A DNA stretch of 61,277 nt, the filler included, from Globobulimina sp. (taxonomy: Eukaryota): assembly GCA_003354225.1 (NCBI GenBank). It is 8 parts of 8 records of this genome, joined end to end, with 100 filler letters (N's around TTAATTAATTAA, not from the genome) between each part and the next. Parts side by side here need not be neighbours in the genome. Positions count along the whole stretch, not along the records: positions 46,114 to 53,649 come from PIVH01000142.1; positions 53,750 to 61,277 come from PIVH01000143.1; 6 more parts are not named here. One strand, given 5' to 3'. Shown here in pieces: positions 49,801-60,786 of the stretch. The position numbers and the translations under genes are program-made. Every line of letters begins with the position of its first letter. Within the stretch, counting starts at the first letter, position 1. The notes under the pieces were generated by a model that saw only the letters and a list, made by a program, of their open reading frames with translations, searched no databases and was not told the origin of the DNA.

Positions 49801-52800
49801 CTGTGTGTTGTGATGGCATTTCTTGAGAAATTGTATTAAGTTTTTGAAGGTTCTGGAAGGACCAAAGGAGAATATGTCAAATATATCCTTTCTGATATGA
49901 TATGGAAATAAAAATGGATATTTCAGAGGGATTTCTTTAATCCAATTGTTGGTGGTATTGGACATCACGACCAGTGATTGTTGGATTTGGTTTTTTAATC
50001 TTTCAATCAGCTGTTTGTTATAAAAAATATGCGGTTTTAATAAACATTGTATATCATCTTTGGACGCAAACTTTTCATCGTCTTCGTTGTTGCGGTCGTT
50101 ATAAACATATTTCATTTTCACTCTGTTTATATCGAATTGTTGGTTGAAATTAAACACATTCTCTACATCATAAAAATCATCATAATATAAAGAGGTCCAA
50201 TGACTGGAAAAGCCGTGGAAATAGTTCAATAATTTCAGAATTATCAACGTCGGGCCATCCGTTTTCCATTTTGAGTGCTTACAAACTTTTATGCGCTCTG
50301 TACGTATGGACGAATACCATTTGGCTGCTATTTCAGGGAAATGCTGTTGCCGTAAATCGTCGCAAGTGCTATTTTCATTTAATGCCATCGGCACAGATAT
50401 TGTCCCCATGCCATGCCGATAAAATCGTGTATAATCCGCCACATTATAACCAATTTTCCTTTTTTTTGCTGTCATACGCACACTATTCACTGTATGATCA
50501 GCTTCCATTTTATCAAACTTTCTCTTCTTCCCTCTTCGCGATCGTTTAATCTTCTTCCTCATCGCCTCATTTATGGGTGAATTTGGCGGCGAATTTAGTA
50601 GCAATGAGCTGGTGGAGGCAACGGTTTGTCTCCTCGAAGAACTGCGCGTTCTGTGCGTATGTAACGGTATTGCTGGCAATAAAGTTGGTGTGCGGTAGGA
50701 TATGTTGTCTAAATATCGAGTTGGATTTATTAGATCTGGCAATTTAATATCCGTATCATTGATATTCGAATTCTTGTTGGAATGGGTTGGTTTTATTCTA
50801 TTTTGCTGCTTCCATCGAAAATATATATTAAAGACATGTCTATCTCGCTTGGAATAGGATGTTCTGTACGAAAATTCATCCTCTTCTTCGCGGTCAATAT
50901 GCCGGATTTCAGTGATATCTTCAATACTTTTCGAATTTGTATGGTTTGTATTTGTGTTATTGGCGTAGTCGTTGAACAAATGCGGATAATCAAAGGTTAA
51001 CAGCACTTGTAATACAGTTAAATGTTTAGGTAATTCAATACCGTTATAAGTCACTACTAATTCCAATCCATTTTGTAATAATTGTGATGCTCGAATAGAC
51101 GCTATATCTTCATCTCCGTCTCCATTCTGGTTGTTTTTATCCAAAAAATGGGCTAAAATATGGTTATTTGAACATTGATGAATTAAAAATGATGACAGAT
51201 CGATGCAATCTGTCTGTTTTTTATCTATTTTATTAATGCCGATATCAGTTAATAAATGGAATGGGTTTTTGTATTTATATTTGCGTAAAGCTTCATATTT
51301 TGTGATGAATACTTTTGTAATGTCTGAAATGGTCATAAATAAATGTCCAGTCACACTGAAATTTACTGCGCGGATTGGATTATATGGCGCGGCGTCAACG
51401 GCGTCAAATGAGGGCAGCGAACTGGACGTAGTCGAGCTTGCGCCCCATGAGGACTCCCGTGGTAAGTTTACTTTTTGTTTTTGCCGATCGGGAATGGTCG
51501 GAAATGATAAGTTGTTATAAAAATTATCATCTTGCATTATTTCATCGTCATCGTCAGAGTCAACAGACTCTTTTTTTTCTTTTTCCTGCAAACTTTGCTC
51601 ATATTTTTGCCGCAAACTCTCTTCATATTTTTTTCTTAATTTAAGCTGTTGTTCTTGTCTTAGTTTTTGCTTTGTTTCCCATTCAATTAATTGGTGTTTG
51701 TAATTGAAGCGCAATGATTGAGCAACTACGCAATTATCGATATCATGGAACACGTTGATCATTAAAACTCGTTCTGATAATAATTTTAATTCGTAATAAT
51801 ATTTATCAATTTCTTGAGATTTGGCGCCAGCTCCAAATGAAAATTGCTTTTTTTTATTATTATTATCATTGTTCATAACAATATCTTCTTCGTCTTCTTC
51901 TGTGTCGTTAGGATTGTTATTTTGTCGTGTTTTGATAGTGCGAATCGGGAAAATATCCATATTTAAACACTGCAGTAATAAATGTATCAAATATTTCATA
52001 GATTGGGAGTTTTTATTTACATTTATATTATTTATATTCGTATTGAATTTATTTTTATATTTAATAATTTTGTGATACATCGATGGATGACATAAATGAA
52101 TCTGTAAACAATCTTCATCCAAATCGAAGAAAAAAACAAATGCAAATAGTCTCTGTCGATCATGCAACAAATCCATTTTTATCTTATTCGAATTCCTACC
52201 TTTTTGCTTTTGTGTATCTGATTTTTTATACCTTTTGATTGACGCAAAATCATTCTCAGTCACTGTCAAATAATACAACAATATATCGATAATACCACTC
52301 GATATAAATTGATATTTGGTCAAATACTTCTCATTTAACAGACATTTCATTGCCAATAAAATGCGAAAATGATTATAAATATCTCTGTCTTCAATAATAG
52401 ACTGAATGTGCAATGAATATAACCTCCAATATTTAGCATATTTATCCTGCTTTTTATGTGAGAATAATTTGCTATTTTCCGCGCAGGAAACACTGCCAAT
52501 GGCTAACTTATGGCAAATCCGATTGTCTGTGCGAGTCATATCCAATAACATTTCGCCCACTTTCTTCAAATGATCGGCAGTGGTCACCTCTGTCGATAAT
52601 AATAATTCTTCCAAATGCAATGTAACGTAATCACAGTATATACCATCAGCCATTACATCAATCTCATCCATATCAAATATTTTAATTTTTTTGTTTTTAT
52701 GATCAATAGCAATGTCATTGTCAGCCTCATCCAGCTCAGATTCAGTATCAATGTCACAGTCACAATCACTGTCATCTTCGTCCATTTCATCCAAATTCAA

Positions 52801-53649
52801 AATACGACGACATTTTTTAATTATATTCATCACATTTTTTACTTGTTTTATTTCTTTATTGTTATTATTGTCTGAGTAATTTGGAGATGTTTCTTTTAAC
52901 AATTTTCGCCAATGATTGATCATTAAATCAGCACCATATTTTTTCAAATTTTGCTTGATTTGCATAATTTTATCATTTTGTTTTAACATTTTGGTAAAAT
53001 CGTACCAGTCCAAAAATATTTGCAGCACATGTTTTAATAATATTATATTCAAATGATTTGCTTCGTGATTTTTCTCCAATATAAAGCTAATTAATTCACA
53101 TATTTTGTCATTATTTCGCTGATAAATTCCATTTAGAAATTCATGATTGCTTTTGTGCTGTGACATTGTTAACAAATTCTCCGTTAATAACATATTCAAT
53201 GAATGCAATATTAAATTAATACACGTACAGTCTATGTTTCTCCCATATTCCACCAATATGCAAATTAAATTATTGATTAAGTTGTTGCGAATTAACTTAT
53301 TATCTGCCACGGACACATCCGATAACTTATTATTTAGTGTTTGTCCCAAAACAATAATAGTTTCTAACAAAGATGTATCATTCAAGCGGATAATATTCAA
53401 TTTCTTATTATTTGTGTTATGAACAATAACTAAATCGCTGTATAACCGCTCAATATGACAACTGTACATCACATGATGTTGTATGCTTGCTATCTGTTGC
53501 CATTTTTTATTATTCTTATTCTTATCCTGTCCTTCTTCCTTATCCTTACCACTGTCAATAATATGAATATCAATATGTAATAACTGATGTAATATCCGTA
53601 ACACAATAACAACAAACTGGCAATATTTCGCATTATTTCTGCAATATTT
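46876..53649 (-). CDS. HECT E3 ubiquitin ligase, TRIP12/Ufd4/UPL3-like, 5'-partial
   Basis: >2240-aa open frame; YPFLFPYHIR, FYGDDGVGSGPTMEFF, FIRFLTGSLSLPLGG, LPHATTCRHTLRLPPY with catalytic Cys. Confidence 0.92.
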   Translation of the reverse strand, partial: KYCRNNAKYCQFVVIVLRILHQLLHIDIHIIDSGKDKEEGQDKNKNNKKWQQIASIQHHVMYSCHIERLYSDLVIVHNTNNKKLNIIRLNDTSLLETIIVLGQTLNNKLSDVSVADNKLIRNNLINNLICILVEYGRNIDCTCINLILHSLNMLLTENLLTMSQHKSNHEFLNGIYQRNNDKICELISFILEKNHEANHLNIILLKHVLQIFLDWYDFTKMLKQNDKIMQIKQNLKKYGADLMINHWRKLLKETSPNYSDNNNNKEIKQVKNVMNIIKKCRRILNLDEMDEDDSDCDCDIDTESELDEADNDIAIDHKNKKIKIFDMDEIDVMADGIYCDYVTLHLEELLLSTEVTTADHLKKVGEMLLDMTRTDNRICHKLAIGSVSCAENSKLFSHKKQDKYAKYWRLYSLHIQSIIEDRDIYNHFRILLAMKCLLNEKYLTKYQFISSGIIDILLYYLTVTENDFASIKRYKKSDTQKQKGRNSNKIKMDLLHDRQRLFAFVFFFDLDEDCLQIHLCHPSMYHKIIKYKNKFNTNINNINVNKNSQSMKYLIHLLLQCLNMDIFPIRTIKTRQNNNPNDTEEDEEDIVMNNDNNNKKKQFSFGAGAKSQEIDKYYYELKLLSERVLMINVFHDIDNCVVAQSLRFNYKHQLIEWETKQKLRQEQQLKLRKKYEESLRQKYEQSLQEKEKKESVDSDDDDEIMQDDNFYNNLSFPTIPDRQKQKVNLPRESSWGASSTTSSSLPSFDAVDAAPYNPIRAVNFSVTGHLFMTISDITKVFITKYEALRKYKYKNPFHLLTDIGINKIDKKQTDCIDLSSFLIHQCSNNHILAHFLDKNNQNGDGDEDIASIRASQLLQNGLELVVTYNGIELPKHLTVLQVLLTFDYPHLFNDYANNTNTNHTNSKSIEDITEIRHIDREEEDEFSYRTSYSKRDRHVFNIYFRWKQQNRIKPTHSNKNSNINDTDIKLPDLINPTRYLDNISYRTPTLLPAIPLHTHRTRSSSRRQTVASTSSLLLNSPPNSPINEAMRKKIKRSRRGKKRKFDKMEADHTVNSVRMTAKKRKIGYNVADYTRFYRHGMGTISVPMALNENSTCDDLRQQHFPEIAAKWYSSIRTERIKVCKHSKWKTDGPTLIILKLLNYFHGFSSHWTSLYYDDFYDVENVFNFNQQFDINRVKMKYVYNDRNNEDDEKFASKDDIQCLLKPHIFYNKQLIERLKNQIQQSLVVMSNTTNNWIKEIPLKYPFLFPYHIRKDIFDIFSFGPSRTFKNLIQFLKKCHHNTQDSVHLEQNNNVQSVSTFNLQTSNRMRQTNILNIPSMSPLFNTNNHNNTNNDDDFKQITSQIHKNSSTHTFSMIHSMLTNDNCMIPKETHKTIKIYRKSVLSDVCALFYASKYFSPLLSYYQFQTFRYHTSQAMPADTFRDELALHLLPDPERISSIAISRPRHNHRRTINFNQTNNSNNNNVLSHGQSHSESESPKLSLKKIKKKRKKADITVPSAKKKKKIANETQLQYLPILSEGVVDFNYDNDPFSTHFSESILRAQFYGDDGVGSGPTMEFFTLATNGLDRQDLQLWIDDDTHLTNTTKHCNDTVITDDEGIDDDKLYAFGVYRCNDCTLINGMLCCAVHRDKPLTCYKNENVRGNVGIQSCVNELFYCTETECDYHCHSEVNNDAKQHDLCTFCGHKCDIYFWIISHKSIVRLNESYPLGINCISHPLMQCDCCKIISFPSCNARQLLMYSYGGVYDIDGRSYPIHYLSSAVCFNQHCHPFCYRSDINMIPILLTKAFVARLYGHIITDKDIKCLDLSHYQNIVSLSSGKSRKMRISGTKTFLTGDRASKCKSKDSLVNFICAQHAESAQHQNTNKNEKESSDASDNNKVVIRNHMSHVTGYNGLFYRPNMLSFICNSPLDSNPSKYLDVLGKIMILAVKENKRINLELHQMFFKMVLGANLRRDVTILDMLKIYPNDHYLMILFRLFNILQLYRHMGCYCAFFRDVNVSNKMEIEQDNESDGGGSDEYTFQCILSLKNKCESFIDLLCLTLNTPTFNVNLSKEKAEEMLDIHNLEKYLIGICNYFLNDGISESNNYVQLGLKSMMRDDDNMDVGNDGNNVLLLPFYDYEFETLVIGSNTQHFNEWTAKYLCKYVKLEQYSYNTPVIKNLYDMLCNEFDIKQKRQFIRFLTGSLSLPLGGISKLNPQFTITKFATVEQQFLYENAEYESLPHATTCRHTLRLPPYKTKTTLKSKLLQAMNHAQTGFYLS

Positions 53650-53749
53650 NNNNNNNNNNNNNNNNNNNNNNNNNNNNNNNNNNNNNNNNNNNNTTAATTA
53701 ATTAANNNNNNNNNNNNNNNNNNNNNNNNNNNNNNNNNNNNNNNNNNNN

Positions 53750-53868
53750 TAATATCCATTTCGTAAATCTAATAATAATCAAACTTAAAATAACTAATTT
53801 ATTGTCCAAATCGTAATTCATTTCTCTCCTTCAATCTTATCCTTTGTCAATTGCTTCTGATAATCCTT
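53750..53868. repeat. 119-nt exact terminal direct repeat, copy 1 (copy 2 at 61159-61277)
   Basis: taatatccatttcgtaaatc...gcttctgataatcctt occurs at both contig ends. Confidence 0.95.
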
Positions 53869-54840
53869 TGTCACTCCCTTATGTGTCAAGGTTGTCGCAA
53901 ATCCTTTGCGTAAACCATGAAATCTATGCTTCTCTGCCTCTATGAGACCTAACTCCGAGATAACTGCTGCCCAGTCTCTTTGGGGAGTTTGGAATATGAA
54001 TCTTTTCCTTATTCTATATTTGTATATCTTTCTTAAATCATACCTTTGCAAATTATATATGTGATATATTATAATTACTGGATCAATCTCTCTGTGCGTT
54101 CTCCCCAAACGTAAAAACACATCTTGTCCTTTTGTCGCGGACTTTGAGTGTCTTAATCTAATTCTAAGATGATGCAAATATTCCAATGCCATTGAATATC
54201 TATTACTTGCATATAATTTATTTGTTCCTTCTTCTTTCCAATAGAATGTTAAGTCGGATATATAAATTCCATATCCTTCATATGCTTTATCTCTATTTTC
54301 ATAGCATTCAGCACCTCTTAATCCTAAGATGCCTACAAATAATAAAGAAATCGCAAAGCAATACCAATACAATCTTTCTTTATCAACCCATATTTTTGGG
54401 AATGATAACCAAAGTTCCTTCAATTTCCTCTCATAATTTGATAAACAATTTAAACGATAATAAACTTTAAATTCCATTATATATCTAAGTTATCTAACTA
54501 TATTTAATACAACATCCGCAGTCGCCGGGACAGTGTCACATCCTTTGCCCGGATTCCTTTTCTTTACATATTTCAATATTGTATCCAATGATGGATTTGT
54601 TGACCATGATGAATGTACGCCACTTAGTTGCGCCACAAAATCAATCGCCCTCATTTTGCCTCTAATGGTTTTATAACAATTTATTCTTTTCCTAATAAAA
54701 CAACAATTTACTATATATATCTGCAATCTGCGCATCGTTCTCCAGAATTCCAGGAAGTTGTCTTGATAGGTTCCTTCCGACGATGGCTTAATTCCTCCAT
54801 TTAATGTTATTATCATTATTTCGCGGTATATTGATGGCAC
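53818..54840 (-). pseudogene. Tyrosine recombinase, disrupted
   Basis: GLRGAE (R), HSK (K), FHGLRKG (HxxR). In-frame TAA at 54490-54492; the expected GRW motif after HxxR is absent. Confidence 0.85.
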
Positions 54841-55060
54841 TAAATCGAATACCGGACTTCCAAACTTATGTAGCCTTACTTTGTGTTTTTAAAATAAAAA
54901 ATGTGAGTTTTTAGGCCCCCTACTTTACGTTGGAAGGATGGCACCTTTGGCTGTTCAATATATTGTGATATTTAAATCTGTATAGTCGACTTATAAAGAT
55001 ATCAAATTTTATTCAAGTCACAAGCAAAGATAATATGACATCATATGCATTTAATCATAT

Positions 55061-57187
55061 TCACCATTGATGTATATCTGGAAAAGTGAATGGCGCAGAG
55101 AATGGTCGTAAATTCCAATTATTTTTATCACATATTTTCAATGCTAATTTGCTGAATTCATTCATATCCAATCTCGAGGCCATATCTGGCAAATCATTCA
55201 ATTTTGTATTCACATAATTCACATAAACCTGCATATCATTATTAACGCACCACATACAAACCCAACGTAAACATGATTGCAGGAATTCATCCGCTGAATT
55301 CTTCTCAAGCAGTACATACTCAACATGCTTATTATCAGTTTTTAATAACAATTTCGTTTTTGGACGAAATAAATGCTTAAAAGTATGTAATCCGACCACA
55401 ATTGCAACCATTTCAAAGTGTGCGATCGCAAAATCTTTCTCATAATCCTCTCGATGCGATATAAATACATTGGTATATTTCTCAGGCACTGGCACCGATA
55501 TCCAATGCCCCTGATAAAACACACCAATTCCTGGACACCATCCTGTTAAACGCGAACCATTTGTGGCACCATCAAATAACATGGTATCTGTTGGCATTTC
55601 AGTATCAGCCAAATCAATTATTGATGCTACTGACACAGCGTCGAGATACTGAGCCCACCACCAAAGATCCTTCAATTCCCATTGTAATAAATGGATAACT
55701 ACATTTTTTCTGCCATGCAATGCTATACATTCATATAATCGCTCTCTTAGCCGTCTCAAGAATGCCTTTCCTGGCCATTTTAAATTAGCCACATCCTGCA
55801 ATTTCCCAATCAAAGACTCATATTCATCCAACAATATCGCTTCATGCAACAAAGCCCCATACAGCAATTGTTTGATTTTATTCACTTTAACTTCTGATAT
55901 TGCAATGGTCATATTATACGAATCAATAATAAAGCCGATAATTTCCAGCATTGTCAATGGACCCTTCCTCTTTTTTGGCAATTCATCCAAACCCAAAATA
56001 CGTAAATATTTACAAAAATTATCAAATATCTGATTAGCAATACATAATATTGGCGGCAAAAATAAAATGTAATCATCCACATAATTGTTCAAAATCAATC
56101 TCAATATTTGCTTCGAATCCAATTTCAAAATGGCCAATTTTTCAAAGAATTTCTCATTTTTTAATAATTTGAATTCATTAAAAGATAAATTCTCAGCCAA
56201 ATTATCAGTATTTGCTGCCATTAATTTCCTGCCAATGTTGCAGTATTTCAAAATCAACTTTTTTGTGCCAATCAAATCATTATCATCGCACCATCACTCA
56301 CAATTCCATTTATATACTAATTTATTACAATAAATATATTCAATATCCATTATTTTTACATTATTTAATTCATTAATAAAGCGTTTGTAAAAATAAACAA
56401 CTTTATTTTTATTCGATATCATATCAATGTCATCCAATAATTGTATACCATTCACATTAATATCAAAATATCTACACACCAATTGGCCAACATCCTGCGT
56501 ATGTTTTGAGCCTGATTTCGTGCCCCAAAAATCATATAAATCGACCATCACTTTTCCATCAAAGCGATAGGCACAATTTTTTGGCTCAGTTACCGCCAAA
56601 GGCAACTGTCTAAACGCCGTTGCTAAGTCAGTTTTTGCCAAATAAAATCCTCTACCCCATAATAAGTAAAATATATAGCAGTATTCAATCAAATTTCGAG
56701 CGCTGAATAACTTTATATTGGCTTTATCGTCGCCTGTCAACATATTCAACGACGGATACCGTTCAGAGCCATATGTGCCATCTCTTATTACTCGCCATTG
56801 CAAAATCTCACCCGTTACTGGATCAATCTCTTTTGGCCTAACAAATAACGGTACAAAGCCATTGGGCTTAGCTAACCAGCCAAGAATTTTACCTTTGCAA
56901 ATATCATTCGTTAATTCTTTCGCAATCGCCAATTTTGCCACTCTTCCACCTGCATCATCTGCATACGTCTCCTGATTTAATTTTACATTATTTATATTTG
57001 TTATACCTATCTCCCATCCAAACTTCAAATGGTGGTACATGGCTTTGGATAATATGCAGTATTTTTCATTACTATATTTCTCAATAAAAGGCAATATTTC
57101 AATATACCAAATTGTACTATTCAACATCAATGGGGATTCTTTGTATTTTGCAGTGCCATATGCTTGTCTGAACGCTGCAATTGCCAA
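55061..57187 (-). pseudogene. Reverse transcriptase + RNase H of DIRS-type element, one in-frame TGA
   Basis: PK...WRVIRD, KTDLATAFRQLP, DFWGTKSG, YVDD, EIIGFIID; RH FDGA, IAHFEMVAI, TDN, NDLPDMASR. The two ORFs are in the same frame across TGA 56294-56296. Confidence 0.9.
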
Positions 57188-57888
57188 ATCTTCTGTGACT
57201 TAGCATTTATTTTTATTTTAATTGTTATTATTTCTATTTTATTTGATTTGTTGATAGTTTCAGTTAACTTCTTCACAAAAATTCAATTGGCTGAGAAAAA
57301 TTACACTCTATTTTTGGTGTCACCACCTTAGGTATTACCACCAGAGAGTCCCTGACTGCATATAGACTTATTTTCGTATAAGTTTGCTATTGCAACAGAG
57401 GCAGTAAATAGAACGTGAAACACTAAACACTACTCCTAAACGTTTCTACTAATTTAAGGTTTTACTTAATGTGTAAAAAGACTCAAACTTTTATTTTGAA
57501 GACAACGACAATTGCTTCGTGAGTTTGAGAGACAAATCGCGTCAATTCTCTATGTTAATTTATATCAATAACAATGCAGCTGAAACGTATGACATTTTGC
57601 AACAAAATGTCATATGTCTACGACTCATAATCGATAATATACAACAATTAATCATAACACATTGAGTCAACACAGATCAATCATCATGCTAACTACAAAT
57701 AGCAATATACATTACATCAGCCAATATTAAGATATCTCATTACAACAAATTTCAATCATTAATCAACATATCAACATTATGACGCATGACAGAGAGTGAT
57801 TATATTTCAATATATTGATAATGGCTCATATAATAATTTGTATAATATCCTGACAATCATAGTCCCTTAAATACCCATTAAATGATAT

Positions 57889-60786
57889 TCAAAATCCCCC
57901 AAAATGCCTATCCTGCGCATTTGGACAGTCATCCGTTGAATGCCTGTTTGCTATACCACATGTTTCACAATAATGTGGATAATAACATCTACGAAAATTG
58001 AATTTATCCTTACACCGCAAAAACGATTTGCTAAAGAATCGACATGCCGGCATTCCAAAATATTTATCATTGATGCATGTCGTACCATGCTTATTTACGT
58101 ACATATCAGGCTTTGGACGACGATCACGTTGCGATTCGTTGTCATTATATCTCGACACTGCTCTCGTTCCATATGCTCTATCACTTCGACTCTCATTTTG
58201 TCTCTCATCTCTACGATCAAACCTTGGTCGATATCTATTGTCCGACGCATTTGGTTTACGACGTTTATATGGTCTGTACGGAGCATTATCGCGTCGTCGT
58301 CTGTCATAACGTTTGTTGTTTCTTTCTTTATTTTTATATTCATTTAGTTTCTTTTTTAACTCAATGGGACAATCTTTCTTCCAATGGTTCCCACCACACG
58401 TAAAACAATCCACTTTTGTCGATTTTTTCTTTTTGTCTACAGCTAACAGCTTGGTGCTCATTGTCAGAATGTTGCTGTGTTGTATCGCCGCCAAAGCCCA
58501 TTTCTTGCACAGTTTCCATCGAAAGATCTTGCAAAACCAAAATTGGCTTATCCTGGGATTTTCGCATTTGCTTCCAATGATAATTAAAATCTGCACAATT
58601 CCATCGAAGAGTGCATAGATTGCTATATTTCCTGAATTTATTTACATTAAATGCAATCGCTGTAATTTGCCAAAATTGCGGCGGAGAAATACTTTTGTCA
58701 TTCATCAAAGACACAATATTATTATTTACAAATTCTCTCATTATTTGAAATCTGCCCATTAAGAATGCAATTAAACGCCCTGATTTGGATATTTCTGTGC
58801 ATTTTTCATCAATACCTCGGTCACTCTCTGTATGGTGGTTCTCCATACAATCATAAAATTTGTTTTCTTTTTCAAGAACGTTTTCATCGCATTTTTCAAT
58901 GAATTACCATGAATTAAATATAATTTCCAGTATGATATCCACATAAATTTAATAATATAAAATATCGATCCATATCCATCCAATAAAAAACTAATCATCT
59001 CATTCAATGCCATATTTATCTCTGCTTTTTTCGCAATTAAAATGCCGTCGGATTGTAGTTTCTTAGTGTTATATGCCCTTACTTTTATATTTTATTTTTA
59101 TTTATATATAGCATATTATTTAGGAGTAGTATGTGCAACACGCGATTTCCATTTACATTCATCTATCAATGCACCAACAAAGACATGAATGCAGGGTAAA
59201 TCAACACCATTCAACATAATGCTATCCACAACAATGGATTAAAAGGGGATGTAATGTCTCAACATCTTCAAATGCCTCATACTCGCGACCAGTTAGAGGT
59301 AGATGAAAAATAACAGAACATCAAGCAAATCATTATTTAAATCCAGTATTAGAACAGGAATGTGCCAACCAACCACATTAAAGGTACGAAGATTCCGTCA
59401 AAAGGCACGGCAAACATATACATACATGTTGCAATATGCGCCATTGCTTTATTCCAATCAACGTCCTGTTTCCGCTTAACTATATCATGCAAAGTATCAA
59501 TATTTTCATATATTGCCTCATCAATAAAACTGCTTGGACGCAATCGGCATCAGCCATTTTCGTGTTTTTCTTCTATCATCATTTGTTACAACGTAATTAT
59601 GCGCATTGTTGCCGGCTATTCCATGCGACGCAGCAAAATTAGTCAATTTCTGCATAGACGACACATTCTGCGGACTCTGCATATTCTGTGCCTTCAATTC
59701 ATTCAATAAACTGATAATTTGTGCCGATTGTCCTTCGGTTAAGCCATCACACTGCAAACCCTGCAAAGTACGTGCATTTGGATCAGGATTGGAGTGCGTG
59801 TTCGTGTTTGTATTCGTGTTGGAATTTGTATTGGTATTCGTGTTGGTATTGGTGTTGGAATCCGTGTTGTGAACACCATGGGAAATATTACCAAAGTCCT
59901 CACCAAATAGACCCGGTATATCTCCTTCATTATCGGCGTCGGAATCTATCATACGATCTCCACTCTTTTTCTCCTCCCTCTGTACTCTCCGAGCATTTGT
60001 TTTTGTATTTCTTCTTAGATTCGTTTGCTTATTGTCCTCATCCATCCTATTGGTATTCTGTTGTTTTGGAGGCAACAATAAATTTACCTGAACCTGCAAA
60101 CCCGTTTGAATCGCACCACAGAAATTCAATGCAATCTTCGCCAATTCCGTTTTATTAATTAGATTCGACATTTTTCTGTATAGGATATCACCCATTGACT
60201 TCTTCACAATTTCCGTAGATACCAATAACAGCGCTATTTCGTGCATCATTTTGCCACAAACATCACGCAAATCTAAAAAGGTTCGGATATCCTCTTCCTC
60301 CATATTCCACTCAACCAAGTTTTTATAATCAACATCATTCAACGTTTTATTCTCCAAATTCTGATCATTTCTGATTTTTGTTAATTTTAATTTCATTTTA
60401 ATGGATGAATCAATAATAATTTGTTTAAAATAGGTAATCGTATCTGGTTTCAATGTACATATCAAATTTGTAAACAATTGTGTTAATATGGTCGCAATCC
60501 TTTGTTGCTTCTGATAACCATTCGTACCAATATTTACTGCGAATTACTCAATTAAACCAAAACAAAGATCAGCATGTTTTTGCGGAATTAATATCAATAA
60601 CTCCGCCATCCATTTATTAATATTCACCTTATCTTCCAATCTCTCCTTATTGAATTCAACCTTATTATGAAATCCCTTGAATACACACACTGTTTTATAT
60701 ACAAAGTCTATGCCCAATCTTTTTGCAAGATTTTTCTGCATATTTTTGTATCCAGTTTCTTGTATTTTTGTGATTGATTGCAACAT
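57889..60786 (-). pseudogene. Fragmented gag-like ORF with zinc fingers
   Basis: Chain of co-oriented ORF fragments; CFTCGGNHWKKDC knuckle and C-terminal CRFF...C...CYYPHYCETCGIANRHSTDDC; Asn-Thr repeat at ~59797-59870. Confidence 0.7.

Noticed and set aside
7603-53749. Regularly spaced TTAATTAATTAA palindromes about every 7.6 kb as a biological repeat or nanochromosome boundary
   Set aside because: Always embedded in identical N padding with length-sorted contigs: an artificial concatenation linker.
2675-60546. Stop-codon reassignment suggested by in-frame TAA/TGA at 2675, 54490, 56294 and 60544
   Set aside because: TAA ends both Rac genes right after CaaX, ORFs of 1600-2200 codons have no internal stops, and three of the four cases are in an element that also has frameshifts.
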